From positions 1 through 34,532 of the forward strand of contig JBMORB010000003.1 in assembly GCA_049320925.1 (NCBI GenBank): a stretch of DNA of 34,532 nt. The letters run 5' to 3'. The stretch's first letter is position 1, and every line of letters starts with the position of its first letter. This stretch comes from Thermodesulfobacteriota bacterium. Its GTDB lineage: Bacteria; Desulfobacterota; Desulfobacteria; Desulfobacterales; Desulfosudaceae. The notes beneath the pieces were generated by a model. The model had not been told where the DNA came from. It saw only the letters and a list, made by a program, of their open reading frames with translations, and did not search any database. Both the position numbers and the translations under genes were made by a program. This document shows positions 17,064 to 25,259 of the stretch, in pieces.

Positions 17064-18569
17064 ATGATATCACGTGCGGAAAAAGTCTTGCGGCTCAGGC
17101 AGACACCGGCCTTTGACGACATGTTTATCAGTCTTAACGCGGCGCCCGGCATTCCCGCCGGCATGGTCCGGGAAACCCGGGAGGTGGTGGCCCTGGCCCG
17201 GAAGTTCAACGAGGAGGTGGTCCGGCCCTATGCCGGGGACCTGGACCTGAAGATGAACGCCGACCCGGATTTTATTCCCTATGAGTTTGTTTCCAGGGCC
17301 AATGAGTGGGGGTTCTATTCCCTGTGGATTCCGCGGGTTTTCGGGGGCAGGGGATACAGCATGCCCAGCATGTCGATTTTCGTGGAGGAGGTCGGTTCGG
17401 CCTGCCTGGCCATGGCCAACCTCATCGGCGTTCATTATCTTGGAGTGGCCACGCTTTGCGCCACATGGAACGCCCGCATGATCAACCGGCTGTGCCGGGA
17501 CGTGGCCGCCGGTGAAAAAAACGGGGTGCCCTGCCTGATCTCCCTGGCCATCACCGAGCCCGGGGCCGGCACCGACGTGGAGGAGGTGGACCTGGTGGAC
17601 CGGGCCAATCTCGGTTGCCTTGCCCGGCGGGTGGAGGGCGGATATGTGGTCAACGGCACCAAGATATTTATTTCCAACGGCCATATTTCCACCTGGCACA
17701 TGCTCATCACCTATACCGATCTTGAAAAACCTTCGGAAAACACGGTGATGCTGGCGGTGAAAACCGGGGACAGGGGGTTTTCCTTCGGCCGGATGGAGCA
17801 CAAGCTGGGCCAGAAAGGATGTCCGGCCAGCGAACTTGTCTTCAAGGACTGTTTTGTGCCAGACGAGCGGGTCTGTTTCGGCTGGGACCTGCCGGATGCC
17901 AAACCCAGGCGTGGCCGCAGGGCCGCCACCATGCAGGTCATCGATTTCGTGGTGTCCGCCACCCGGGCCGGCGTAGGGGCCTTTGCCACCGGAGGGGCCC
18001 GGGGCGCCTTTGAAGCGGCCCTGGCCTTTGCAGCCGAAACGGAAGTCAACGGCAGGCTGCTGATCAATCACGAGTGGGCCCAGTGCCTGCTGGCCGAGAT
18101 GTATAAAAACGTGGTGGTTTCCCGGCTGACCTACATGGAGGCCAATTACGCCAACGGCCAGTACGGCTTTTACCGGCTGATGCAGCAGAAGATCATGTTT
18201 TATTATCTGAAGTATGTACCGGCCTTTATTATTGAAAAAATCATATCCCCCCTTCTGGAAAACCCGGCTGCCACCCGGCTGCTGCGCCGGATAATGGCCG
18301 ACGGCCAGACCGACGAGGAGATGGAGCGCTGCTCGGGCATGGCCTCGCTTTCCAAGTTTGCCGCCTCGGATGCCGGCATTAAGAACTGTCATCTGGCTCT
18401 GGAGATGATGGGCCAGGCCGGGCTGCGGCACGACCGGCGGGCGGAAAAGATCCTGCGCGACGCCAAGCTTTTGCAGATTTATGAAGGCACCAACCAGCTC
18501 AACCGGCTTAACCTTTTCAAAAACCTCATCGGCAGGGACTATCCCCAGGCAAGGGTTTTTGAGGAATAG
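17064..18569 (+). CDS. Acyl-CoA dehydrogenase family protein with a long C-terminal insertion
   Basis: GGAGG SD; LAITEPGAGTD, YVVNGTKIFISNG, KLGQKGCPASELVF, EKILRDAKLLQIYEGTNQ (catalytic Glu position retained). Confidence 0.93.
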   Translation: MISRAEKVLRLRQTPAFDDMFISLNAAPGIPAGMVRETREVVALARKFNEEVVRPYAGDLDLKMNADPDFIPYEFVSRANEWGFYSLWIPRVFGGRGYSMPSMSIFVEEVGSACLAMANLIGVHYLGVATLCATWNARMINRLCRDVAAGEKNGVPCLISLAITEPGAGTDVEEVDLVDRANLGCLARRVEGGYVVNGTKIFISNGHISTWHMLITYTDLEKPSENTVMLAVKTGDRGFSFGRMEHKLGQKGCPASELVFKDCFVPDERVCFGWDLPDAKPRRGRRAATMQVIDFVVSATRAGVGAFATGGARGAFEAALAFAAETEVNGRLLINHEWAQCLLAEMYKNVVVSRLTYMEANYANGQYGFYRLMQQKIMFYYLKYVPAFIIEKIISPLLENPAATRLLRRIMADGQTDEEMERCSGMASLSKFAASDAGIKNCHLALEMMGQAGLRHDRRAEKILRDAKLLQIYEGTNQLNRLNLFKNLIGRDYPQARVFEE

Positions 18570-18582
18570 CGGCCTTTCCCGG

Positions 18583-19431
18583 TCAGGGCCGGGTCAGCAT
18601 CATGTTGTCGATCAGCCGGCAGTTGCCCACGCGGACCGCCAGGGCCATGAGCGCGGGCTTTTCAATGACGGTCACGTCTTCCAGTGTGTCCGGGTCGCAG
18701 ATGGCCACATAATCAATGGCGGTTTCGGAAAAACCCGCAATCAGGCCGCGGGCCGCTTTGATAAGGGCGGCGGCTTCTGTTTCGCCGGACGCGACCATTT
18801 GCCGGGCCAGCATCAGAGACCTGTAAAGCGAAAGGGCCGCGGGCCGCTGTGTGGGTTCAAGGTAGGTGTTGCGGGAGCTCATGGCAAGGCCGCCGGGTTC
18901 CCGCACAATAGGCGCGCCCAGTATCTCGATGTCGAAATTCAGGTCCTTTGCCATGCGGCGGATCACGGCCAGCTGCTGAAAGTCCTTTTCCCCGAAAATG
19001 GCCACGTGGGGCTTGACGATGTTGAACAGTTTGGCCACCACGGTGGCCACCCCGCGAAAATGGGTGGGCCGGAAGACGCCGCACAGGTGGTTGGGAAGCG
19101 ACTCCAGCGACACATAGGTCTGGAATTTTGTTTCGTAAAGATCGGCGGTGTCCGGCGCGAAGATGACATCCACCCCCTCTTTTTCCGCGGCCCGGGCGTC
19201 TTTTTCAAAGCTTTTCGGGTAGGCGTCAAAATCCTCGCCCGCGGCGAACTGGGTGGGGTTGACAAAGATGCTGAGCACCAGGTGGTCCCCGCGTTGTTTT
19301 CCTTTTTGCAGCAGGGACATGTGGCCTTCATGAAGAAATCCCATGGTGGGCACAAAAGCAATGGTTTTTCCCTGTTTCCGCATGCGGTTCGCGTGGGCCT
19401 GCATGTCGGCGGCGGTTTTTATGATGTCGAT
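18583..19431 (-). CDS. panC: Pantoate--beta-alanine ligase (pantothenate synthetase); probable ATC start at 19431, first ATG at 19404
   Basis: FVPTMGFLHEGH, SIFVNPTQF, RPTHFRGVATVV, FGEKDFQQL, GLAMSSRN, RLIDN. Confidence 0.96.
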   Translation of the reverse strand: MDIIKTAADMQAHANRMRKQGKTIAFVPTMGFLHEGHMSLLQKGKQRGDHLVLSIFVNPTQFAAGEDFDAYPKSFEKDARAAEKEGVDVIFAPDTADLYETKFQTYVSLESLPNHLCGVFRPTHFRGVATVVAKLFNIVKPHVAIFGEKDFQQLAVIRRMAKDLNFDIEILGAPIVREPGGLAMSSRNTYLEPTQRPAALSLYRSLMLARQMVASGETEAAALIKAARGLIAGFSETAIDYVAICDPDTLEDVTVIEKPALMALAVRVGNCRLIDNMMLTRP

Positions 19432-19475
19432 GGCGCGGCCTCCTTTGTTGAAAAAGCGGTCGTTGTTGAAGCGCC

Positions 19476-19504
19476 ATTATAGTGCCCCTCGGCGGGGCTG
19501 TCAA
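19476..19504 (-). promoter_or_regulatory. Perfect-consensus sigma70 promoter of panC
   Basis: Minus strand reads TTGACA-gccccgccgaggggcac(17)-TATAAT, about 45 nt upstream of the panC start. Confidence 0.85.
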
Positions 19505-19572
19505 AACAGAAGGACAGGCACAACAGGCTGTCGGCTGAAGCGTGAAGCACGGCGGGTGAGTCTGTTTTGTGT

Positions 19573-19601
19573 TTGACTTTTAATAAGAAAAAGAATAGTA
19601 A
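19573..19601 (+). promoter_or_regulatory. Putative sigma70 promoter for the LVIVD-repeat gene
   Basis: TTGACT-N17-TAGTAA in an AT-rich tract, divergent from the panC promoter. Confidence 0.4.
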
Positions 19602-19786
19602 AACAGTGTTACGGCCCGGTGGTTAAAGGTTTTTCGGTTTTTGCGCTTTTGCCACAAACATGGCATGTAACTGATCAGACCCTGCACCGGGAAAACACAA
19701 TACCGGCAGGCCGTTCTAAAAACCTTCCGTTTGTGTCATATCCCCGGCCATTTGTAAAAAACAGCATACTATATGGAGTAAAGACA

Positions 19787-22126
19787 ATGAAACATCGAAT
19801 TTGTCAATTGGGAATCGCGGTTGTCTGCTGCCTCTGGGCGGTCGGAGCTCATGCTCTGGTCGGCAATATTCAGCTGCTCAACCGCTGGCCGGCGGCGCCA
19901 CCCAATACGATTGCAACCGCCAATATCAGCGGCACCGATTATGTTTTTGTGGGAGACGGAGAGGTTGTGTCTGTCTATGACACCACGCCGACGCTGCTTT
20001 ACCGATTCAATGTGGCCCTGTCGACGGAAGCGGATCTGGACCAGGTCGGGGAAGTGTCTGGAACAGAAGGCATTTATGGTCTTTACTACGCGGACGACCA
20101 CCTGTATGTGGTCTGCGGCAACGAGGGCTTGCAGATTTTTGATGTGTCGGATCCCTTGAATGTCGGGGCTCCCAAAAGCGTGTATATACCCAAGAAAGAG
20201 TTGGGCCGGGCTAACGCTTCGGAAGTGATGGTGAAGGGTAATTATGCTTACCTGGCGTATTCGCGACTGACCACCGAAGGGTATGACAGCGGTATTCAGG
20301 TTGTCAATGTGACCGACAAGACCGCCCCCACACTGACGGGAGAGAGCGAGCTTCCCGATACCTTTGCTGACATTAAGAGAGTCCAGGGAATCTGTGTGGA
20401 CGAAGTGCCGGCAGGCAGCGGGAACTACTATGTTTTTGCGGCGGATATATACAACGGTCTGGCGATTTTCGATGTTACCAACCCCGCAAAGCCGAAGGCC
20501 GAAGCGGTCTGTTATTTTCCCTATGCCTATGATGTGGCCGTGGCCGAGGTGCCGGCGGGCAGCGGGAACTATTACGCCTATGTGGCGGATGACTTTGCCG
20601 GACTGCGAATCGTCTCTTTTAATCCGGCGGACTTTACCGATGAAGTGGACGTTCTTTATGGCAACGAGGGGGATGAAATACCCACATGTCAGTATGGCGG
20701 CGTTCTTACAAAGGCCCTGGCCGTGACGGTTGACCCGGCAAGGGCATTGGCCTTTATCGGAGACATGAACTACGGGCTGGTGGTTATCGACGTGTCGGAT
20801 GTGGACAAAATCAACACGGTTCCGGGGGGCGTGGAACTGACGGGCTATGTGAACAATTATGCCACTGACATGACCGGGGCATACAGTGTGGCCGTTGTTA
20901 CCGGCGGCGCCAACCCCGATGTGTATGTGGCTGACACGACCATGGGTTTTCAGCGGGTGCTGGTGGTGGACCCCATGGACAGAGGAACATGGGTGGTCAC
21001 CGGTGTGGCGGATACCAGCACCCCGGCAGATGCCGACGCCCTGTTCATTGACGCGGAGGCCAATTATATTTATATGGTGGATGACGACGCCGTCAATGGT
21101 GGCTATAATGAAGGGCTGAGAATTTTTTATGCTGTTATTTCAGAGGAATATATTACGTTTCTGTTCAAGGGCAAGCTGCCCACCAGCGGGGAGGCCAAAG
21201 ATGTGTTTGTTTCCGACGGTTATGTTTATGTGGCCGACGGCTCCCAGGGATTGAAGATTATTGATCCGGGATTGCCGGAGAAAAACGAGCTCGTGGTTCA
21301 GCCTGTACTTAAGGGAAGTTGTGTCGTGGCCGGCGGCGCTGGGGATGCCATGGGGGTTTTTGTGTCAGGCGACTATGCTTACGTGGCAGCCGGCTCCGGC
21401 GGACTGAGCATTATCGACATTTCAAAAAAGAAGGCTCCCGTTGAAAAGGCGGTGCTGGGTGGTGCCAGCATTTCGGATGCCCGGGCGGTGTGTGTATCCG
21501 GAAACTATGCCTATGTGGCCGATGGCGCAAACGGGTTGAGGATAGTGGACATTTCCACCAGAACCGCCCCGGTGCTCGTCAAAACGGTTGCGCTTGCCGG
21601 AACGGCCCAGGGCGTTTTTGAACTCAGGGGCCGCGTTTATGTCGCTGCCGGAAGCGCGGGATTTCATGTGGTGGTCGTCTCGGATCCGGCGGAAGCAAAG
21701 CGGGTCAGCGGATATGGTGCGGCCCCTTTTGAAGATGTTAAGGGGCTGTTTGCCGCCATTTCCGACGAGAGTCCGGCCGTGGATCTGCTCTGGGTCGCCA
21801 CGGGCCAGTCTGGCATGGGGTTTTTTACCTATCCGCCCGATGTCCCGCCGCAGATGGTCGTTCACTTTGACACCTTTGGTGACGCGCAACAGGTCTCCGT
21901 TTTCGGGGATTTTGCTTTTATCGCGGACAGCGCCGGCGGACTTCTGGCCACCACGGTGACCACTCAGGCAGGCGATCCCACGGACGAGGGGTGGGACTGG
22001 CTGGCCGGGGTAAAGCCTGTCAATCTTCATGCCACCACCTATTCCAGCTCATCGGGATGCGCCGTGGAGTCTCTTTTCCCGACGATTGAAAAGCCGATGG
22101 GGTTTCTAAAAGGATTGTTCAAGTAG
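19787..22126 (+). CDS. Secreted LVIVD-repeat beta-propeller surface protein
   Basis: GGAG SD before ATG 19787; signal peptide ending AHA; many repeats such as VSGNYAYVADGANGLRIVDIS, GDYAYVAAGSGGLSIIDIS, GYVYVADGSQGLKIID; C-terminal SSSSGC motif. Confidence 0.88.
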   Translation: MKHRICQLGIAVVCCLWAVGAHALVGNIQLLNRWPAAPPNTIATANISGTDYVFVGDGEVVSVYDTTPTLLYRFNVALSTEADLDQVGEVSGTEGIYGLYYADDHLYVVCGNEGLQIFDVSDPLNVGAPKSVYIPKKELGRANASEVMVKGNYAYLAYSRLTTEGYDSGIQVVNVTDKTAPTLTGESELPDTFADIKRVQGICVDEVPAGSGNYYVFAADIYNGLAIFDVTNPAKPKAEAVCYFPYAYDVAVAEVPAGSGNYYAYVADDFAGLRIVSFNPADFTDEVDVLYGNEGDEIPTCQYGGVLTKALAVTVDPARALAFIGDMNYGLVVIDVSDVDKINTVPGGVELTGYVNNYATDMTGAYSVAVVTGGANPDVYVADTTMGFQRVLVVDPMDRGTWVVTGVADTSTPADADALFIDAEANYIYMVDDDAVNGGYNEGLRIFYAVISEEYITFLFKGKLPTSGEAKDVFVSDGYVYVADGSQGLKIIDPGLPEKNELVVQPVLKGSCVVAGGAGDAMGVFVSGDYAYVAAGSGGLSIIDISKKKAPVEKAVLGGASISDARAVCVSGNYAYVADGANGLRIVDISTRTAPVLVKTVALAGTAQGVFELRGRVYVAAGSAGFHVVVVSDPAEAKRVSGYGAAPFEDVKGLFAAISDESPAVDLLWVATGQSGMGFFTYPPDVPPQMVVHFDTFGDAQQVSVFGDFAFIADSAGGLLATTVTTQAGDPTDEGWDWLAGVKPVNLHATTYSSSSGCAVESLFPTIEKPMGFLKGLFK

Positions 22127-22242
22127 GGGTTCGTCATGCCGACGCTTTTTTGACAGGCAGGTCTTGTTTCTGGTAAACAGATGGATGTTCAAGGCAGGGG
22201 TGTAGCACCGGATCTTTTAACTTTTTAATAAATGGGGCGAAT

Positions 22243-22656
22243 ATGGCAGGCGTCAACAAAGCGATTATCATCGGAAGACTGGGAAGAGACCCGGAGGTTC
22301 GCTATACTCAGGACGGCCGGGCCGTGGCCAGTTTCAGTGTGGCCACATCCGAGGAGTGGAAGGACAAGGACTCCGGCGACAAGAAGGAACGGACCGAATG
22401 GCACCGGGTGGTGGCCTTCGGCCGGCTGGGCGAGATCTGTGGCGAATATCTTGCCAAAGGACGGCTGGTTTATGTGGATGGCCGGCTTCAGACCCGGTCC
22501 TGGGAGAAAGACGGCGTCACGCGTTACACAACGGAGATCGTGGCATCCAACATGCAGATTCTGGAATCCAAGTCGGGCGGTGCCTCCGGCGGCGCCGGAC
22601 CCATGGGTGAGCCTGTTTCCGATGATCCGGGGGTTCCGGACGATATTCCTTTTTAA
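22243..22656 (+). CDS. ssb: Single-stranded DNA-binding protein
   Basis: [29 protein letters not shown]-terminal DDIPF. Confidence 0.98.
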   Translation: MAGVNKAIIIGRLGRDPEVRYTQDGRAVASFSVATSEEWKDKDSGDKKERTEWHRVVAFGRLGEICGEYLAKGRLVYVDGRLQTRSWEKDGVTRYTTEIVASNMQILESKSGGASGGAGPMGEPVSDDPGVPDDIPF

Positions 22657-22822
22657 AATCGGAATGTCCTGTTTTTTCGGACGCTGGCGGGCATGAAAAT
22701 TCGGTCTTTTTGAACCTGCTGAAGTCCGGTTTGGCCCGGATGTGGTGACATGTGACAGGTGGGATCGCAGGAAGCAGCCCTTTCTCCCCGCCTCTCGGCG
22801 GTAAGGAGCATGTGCCTGGGAT

Positions 22823-23008
22823 TTAAGACTTCTTGTCTTCTATCTTTTCCTTTTCCTTGTCGTCGGCCTCGACCTCAGAGGTGGCTTTTTTAAAATTCTT
22901 GATACCCTTGCCGATGCCCGCGCCGATCTCGGGCAGCTTGCCCGCTCCGAAAATGATCAGCACAATTACAAGGATGACGATCAGTTCCGGCATGCCGATT
23001 CCAAACAT
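22823..23008 (-). CDS. tatA: Twin-arginine translocase TatA/E subunit
   Basis: [42 protein letters not shown]; GGAGG SD upstream of ATG 23008. Confidence 0.96.
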   Translation of the reverse strand: MFGIGMPELIVILVIVLIIFGAGKLPEIGAGIGKGIKNFKKATSEVEADDKEKEKIEDKKS

Positions 23009-23188
23009 GGTGGACCTCCCTTTTTCCGCTGACGCGGTCTGTTGGATAAAGATTGCGCAGTGCGCAGCGATGGTTTTAAATATCACGGTGGATGGAGCGA
23101 TGTCAAACAAACGATGGGATACCGCAAAGCAGTAACACCAGCTTCTGCGCGTGTTCCGTCAGTTAAAATATGCCAGGTAAGGTAACCC

Positions 23189-24259
23189 ATGAAACAACCC
23201 TTTTATCCGGACCGGCGGGTGGCCCTGATCGGCAGCCTGCCCATGACCGACCATGCGGCCGCCACGCGGCTGGTGTTTGAGCACGCGCCCGATATTCCGC
23301 TGTGGGTCCAGCTGCCGGCCTATCCGGCCGAGGGCATGCTGGCCCAGTTTCTTCCCGGCTTTCCCGGGGCGTGTGAACGAAACGGCAGGCTGTTTATAAA
23401 CACGGGGGACCCCGCGTTTCATGACGGTGTGCTGGGCTTTTATGAAGCCTGCCTGTCCGCGGAGCAGGACCCGGCGCGGAGGGATGACTCCGTGTTTGCC
23501 CTTGACACCACCGTGGCCGCCGGGTTTTTCGAGTTTCTGGCGCAGGCCCGTCCCGTTGCCGATCGCCTGATTGCCGTCAAAGGCCAGATCACCGGGCCGT
23601 TTACCTTTGCCACGGGCGTGACGGACGACCATGGCCGGGCCCTGTTCTACGACGACCAGCTCCGGGACGTGGCGGTCAAGCTGATCGCGGCCAAGGCCCG
23701 GTGGCAGGCCCGTCGCCTGGCCAGCCTGGGCCGTCCGGTGATCGTCTTTTTCGATGAGCCGGCCCTGGCCGCTTTTGGATCTTCGGCCTACATCAGCATA
23801 TCCCGTACCGATGTGGCGGCCTGTTTTGAGGAAGTGTTTGCCGCGGTGCATGCCGAGGGTGCGCTGGCCGGCGTCCATGTATGCGCCAATGCCGAGTGGG
23901 ACCTGATTCTGAAATCGTCGGCCGACATCGTCAGCTTTGACGCTTATTCTTTTTTTGACAAGTTTGTGCTTTACGCGGCTGACATTAAACGCTTTATTGA
24001 ACAGGAAAAAATTCTGGCCTGGGGTATTGTGCCCACCGGAGACAAGACGGCGATACACGCGGAGACCAAAGACTCCCTGGTGGCGCGCTGGCACGACCAG
24101 GCCGCCCAGGTTGAGGCCCTCGGCATTGACGGGAAAGCCATCAACCGGCTTTCGCTGATCACGCCCAGCTGCGGCACCGGCTCTCTGGACATGGACTCGG
24201 CCCTGCGCGTGCTGCAACTGACCGCCGGCGTTTCAAAAGCGTTGCGGGCTGAACAATAG
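23189..24259 (+). CDS. Core (single-barrel) MetE-type methionine synthase, MesB-like
   Basis: IGSLP, WVQLP..EGMLAQF, KGQITGPFT, FFDEP, Zn-ligand motif GVHVC, LAWGIVPT, LITPSCG; 356 aa with no N-terminal folate-binding barrel. Confidence 0.75.
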   Translation: MKQPFYPDRRVALIGSLPMTDHAAATRLVFEHAPDIPLWVQLPAYPAEGMLAQFLPGFPGACERNGRLFINTGDPAFHDGVLGFYEACLSAEQDPARRDDSVFALDTTVAAGFFEFLAQARPVADRLIAVKGQITGPFTFATGVTDDHGRALFYDDQLRDVAVKLIAAKARWQARRLASLGRPVIVFFDEPALAAFGSSAYISISRTDVAACFEEVFAAVHAEGALAGVHVCANAEWDLILKSSADIVSFDAYSFFDKFVLYAADIKRFIEQEKILAWGIVPTGDKTAIHAETKDSLVARWHDQAAQVEALGIDGKAINRLSLITPSCGTGSLDMDSALRVLQLTAGVSKALRAEQ

Positions 24260-24302
24260 AAAAACATGAACGATGAATGAGGGCGCGACGGCGCAAAGGA
24301 TT

Positions 24303-24330
24303 CGATTTCGATCCCGATAGCGATTTCGAT
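24303..24330 (+). repeat. 28-bp period-6 intergenic repeat, family A copy 1
   Basis: CGATTTCGATCCCGATAGCGATTTCGAT, identical to 31556-31583. Confidence 0.9.
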
Positions 24331-24404
24331 TTGGATACCAGGCCTTGTACCGGCTTGCATGGGCTTCAATCGGTTTTTAATACCATATTCATACGAGGTG
24401 TTAC

Positions 24405-25250
24405 ATGAGTGAAGGCGAAAGGTTTACCGGCGCCAGCCGGTATGTGTTAGACAGCGAGCTGGCCCAGATCGTCAATGTTTCCATGGCCCTGGAAATGCCC
24501 CTGCTGCTGAAGGGCGAGCCGGGAACGGGCAAGACCATGCTGGCCTATGCCATTGCCGAGAGTCTGGGCATGCCCCTGATCGTGCTCAACGTGAAGTCCA
24601 GCATGAAGCTGGTGGAAGCGCTGTACCAGTACGACACCCTCACCCGGCTCAACGACGCCCGGTTCGGCGACTCCGTGCGGAACGTGAGCAACATTGAGGA
24701 CTACATTCGAATGGGCAAAATCGGCCAGGCCTTTACCGCGGACGCGCGTACCGTTTTGCTCATCGACGAGATCGACAAGGCCGACACCGACTTTCAGGAC
24801 GACATGCTCGACGTGCTCGACCAGATGACCTTCGATATCGTGGAGATCGACAAGACCATTCGGGCCAAAAACCGGCCGGTGATCATCATCACGTCCAACG
24901 CGAAAAAAGACCTTTCAGACCCCTTCCTGGGCCGGTGCAACTTTCACCACATCGCCTTTCCCGATCCCAAGATGATGCGAAAAATCATTCAGGTCCATTT
25001 TCCCGACATCGACGACCTGCTCCTGGACCAGTCGGTAGATGTGTTTTACAAGCTGAGGCAGCTGGAGAGCATTGAAAAGAAACCGGCCACCCGTGAGCTG
25101 ATCAACTGGATCCGGGCTCTGCGGGCCGACCGGGATTTCAATCCCAAAAAACTGGCCAAAGGCGAGGTGCCGTTTCTGGGCGTGCTGTTCAAAAAAAGCC
25201 GAGACTATGAACAGGCCTTTTCCGCGGTGGAACGGCGGCGGTTATTGTAG
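24405..25250 (+). CDS. MoxR-family AAA+ ATPase
   Basis: PLLLKGEPGTGKT, LYQYDTLTRL, LLIDEIDKAD, IIITSN, KKPATRELINW; followed by a VWA gene. Confidence 0.92.
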   Translation: MSEGERFTGASRYVLDSELAQIVNVSMALEMPLLLKGEPGTGKTMLAYAIAESLGMPLIVLNVKSSMKLVEALYQYDTLTRLNDARFGDSVRNVSNIEDYIRMGKIGQAFTADARTVLLIDEIDKADTDFQDDMLDVLDQMTFDIVEIDKTIRAKNRPVIIITSNAKKDLSDPFLGRCNFHHIAFPDPKMMRKIIQVHFPDIDDLLLDQSVDVFYKLRQLESIEKKPATRELINWIRALRADRDFNPKKLAKGEVPFLGVLFKKSRDYEQAFSAVERRRLL

Positions 25251-25259
25251 GCAAAAGCC

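Noticed and set aside
12157-18431. Long minus-strand ORFs 12157-13182, 16074-17015 and 17070-18431 (also 18481-19482 +, 23159-24217 -, 32934-34013 -)
   Set aside because: Antisense shadows of well-supported genes, expected in high-GC3 coding DNA.
22745-22822. SRP (4.5S) RNA-like words CAGGT...GGAAGCAGCC and TGTGCC.GGGAT between ssb and tatA
   Set aside because: The conserved helix-8 core (CAGG-UCC-GNRA-GGA-AGCAG) cannot form and no long enclosing stem is evident. The nearby CCGCC/GGCGG hairpin is more simply a terminator-like element. An Rfam RF00169 scan would settle it.
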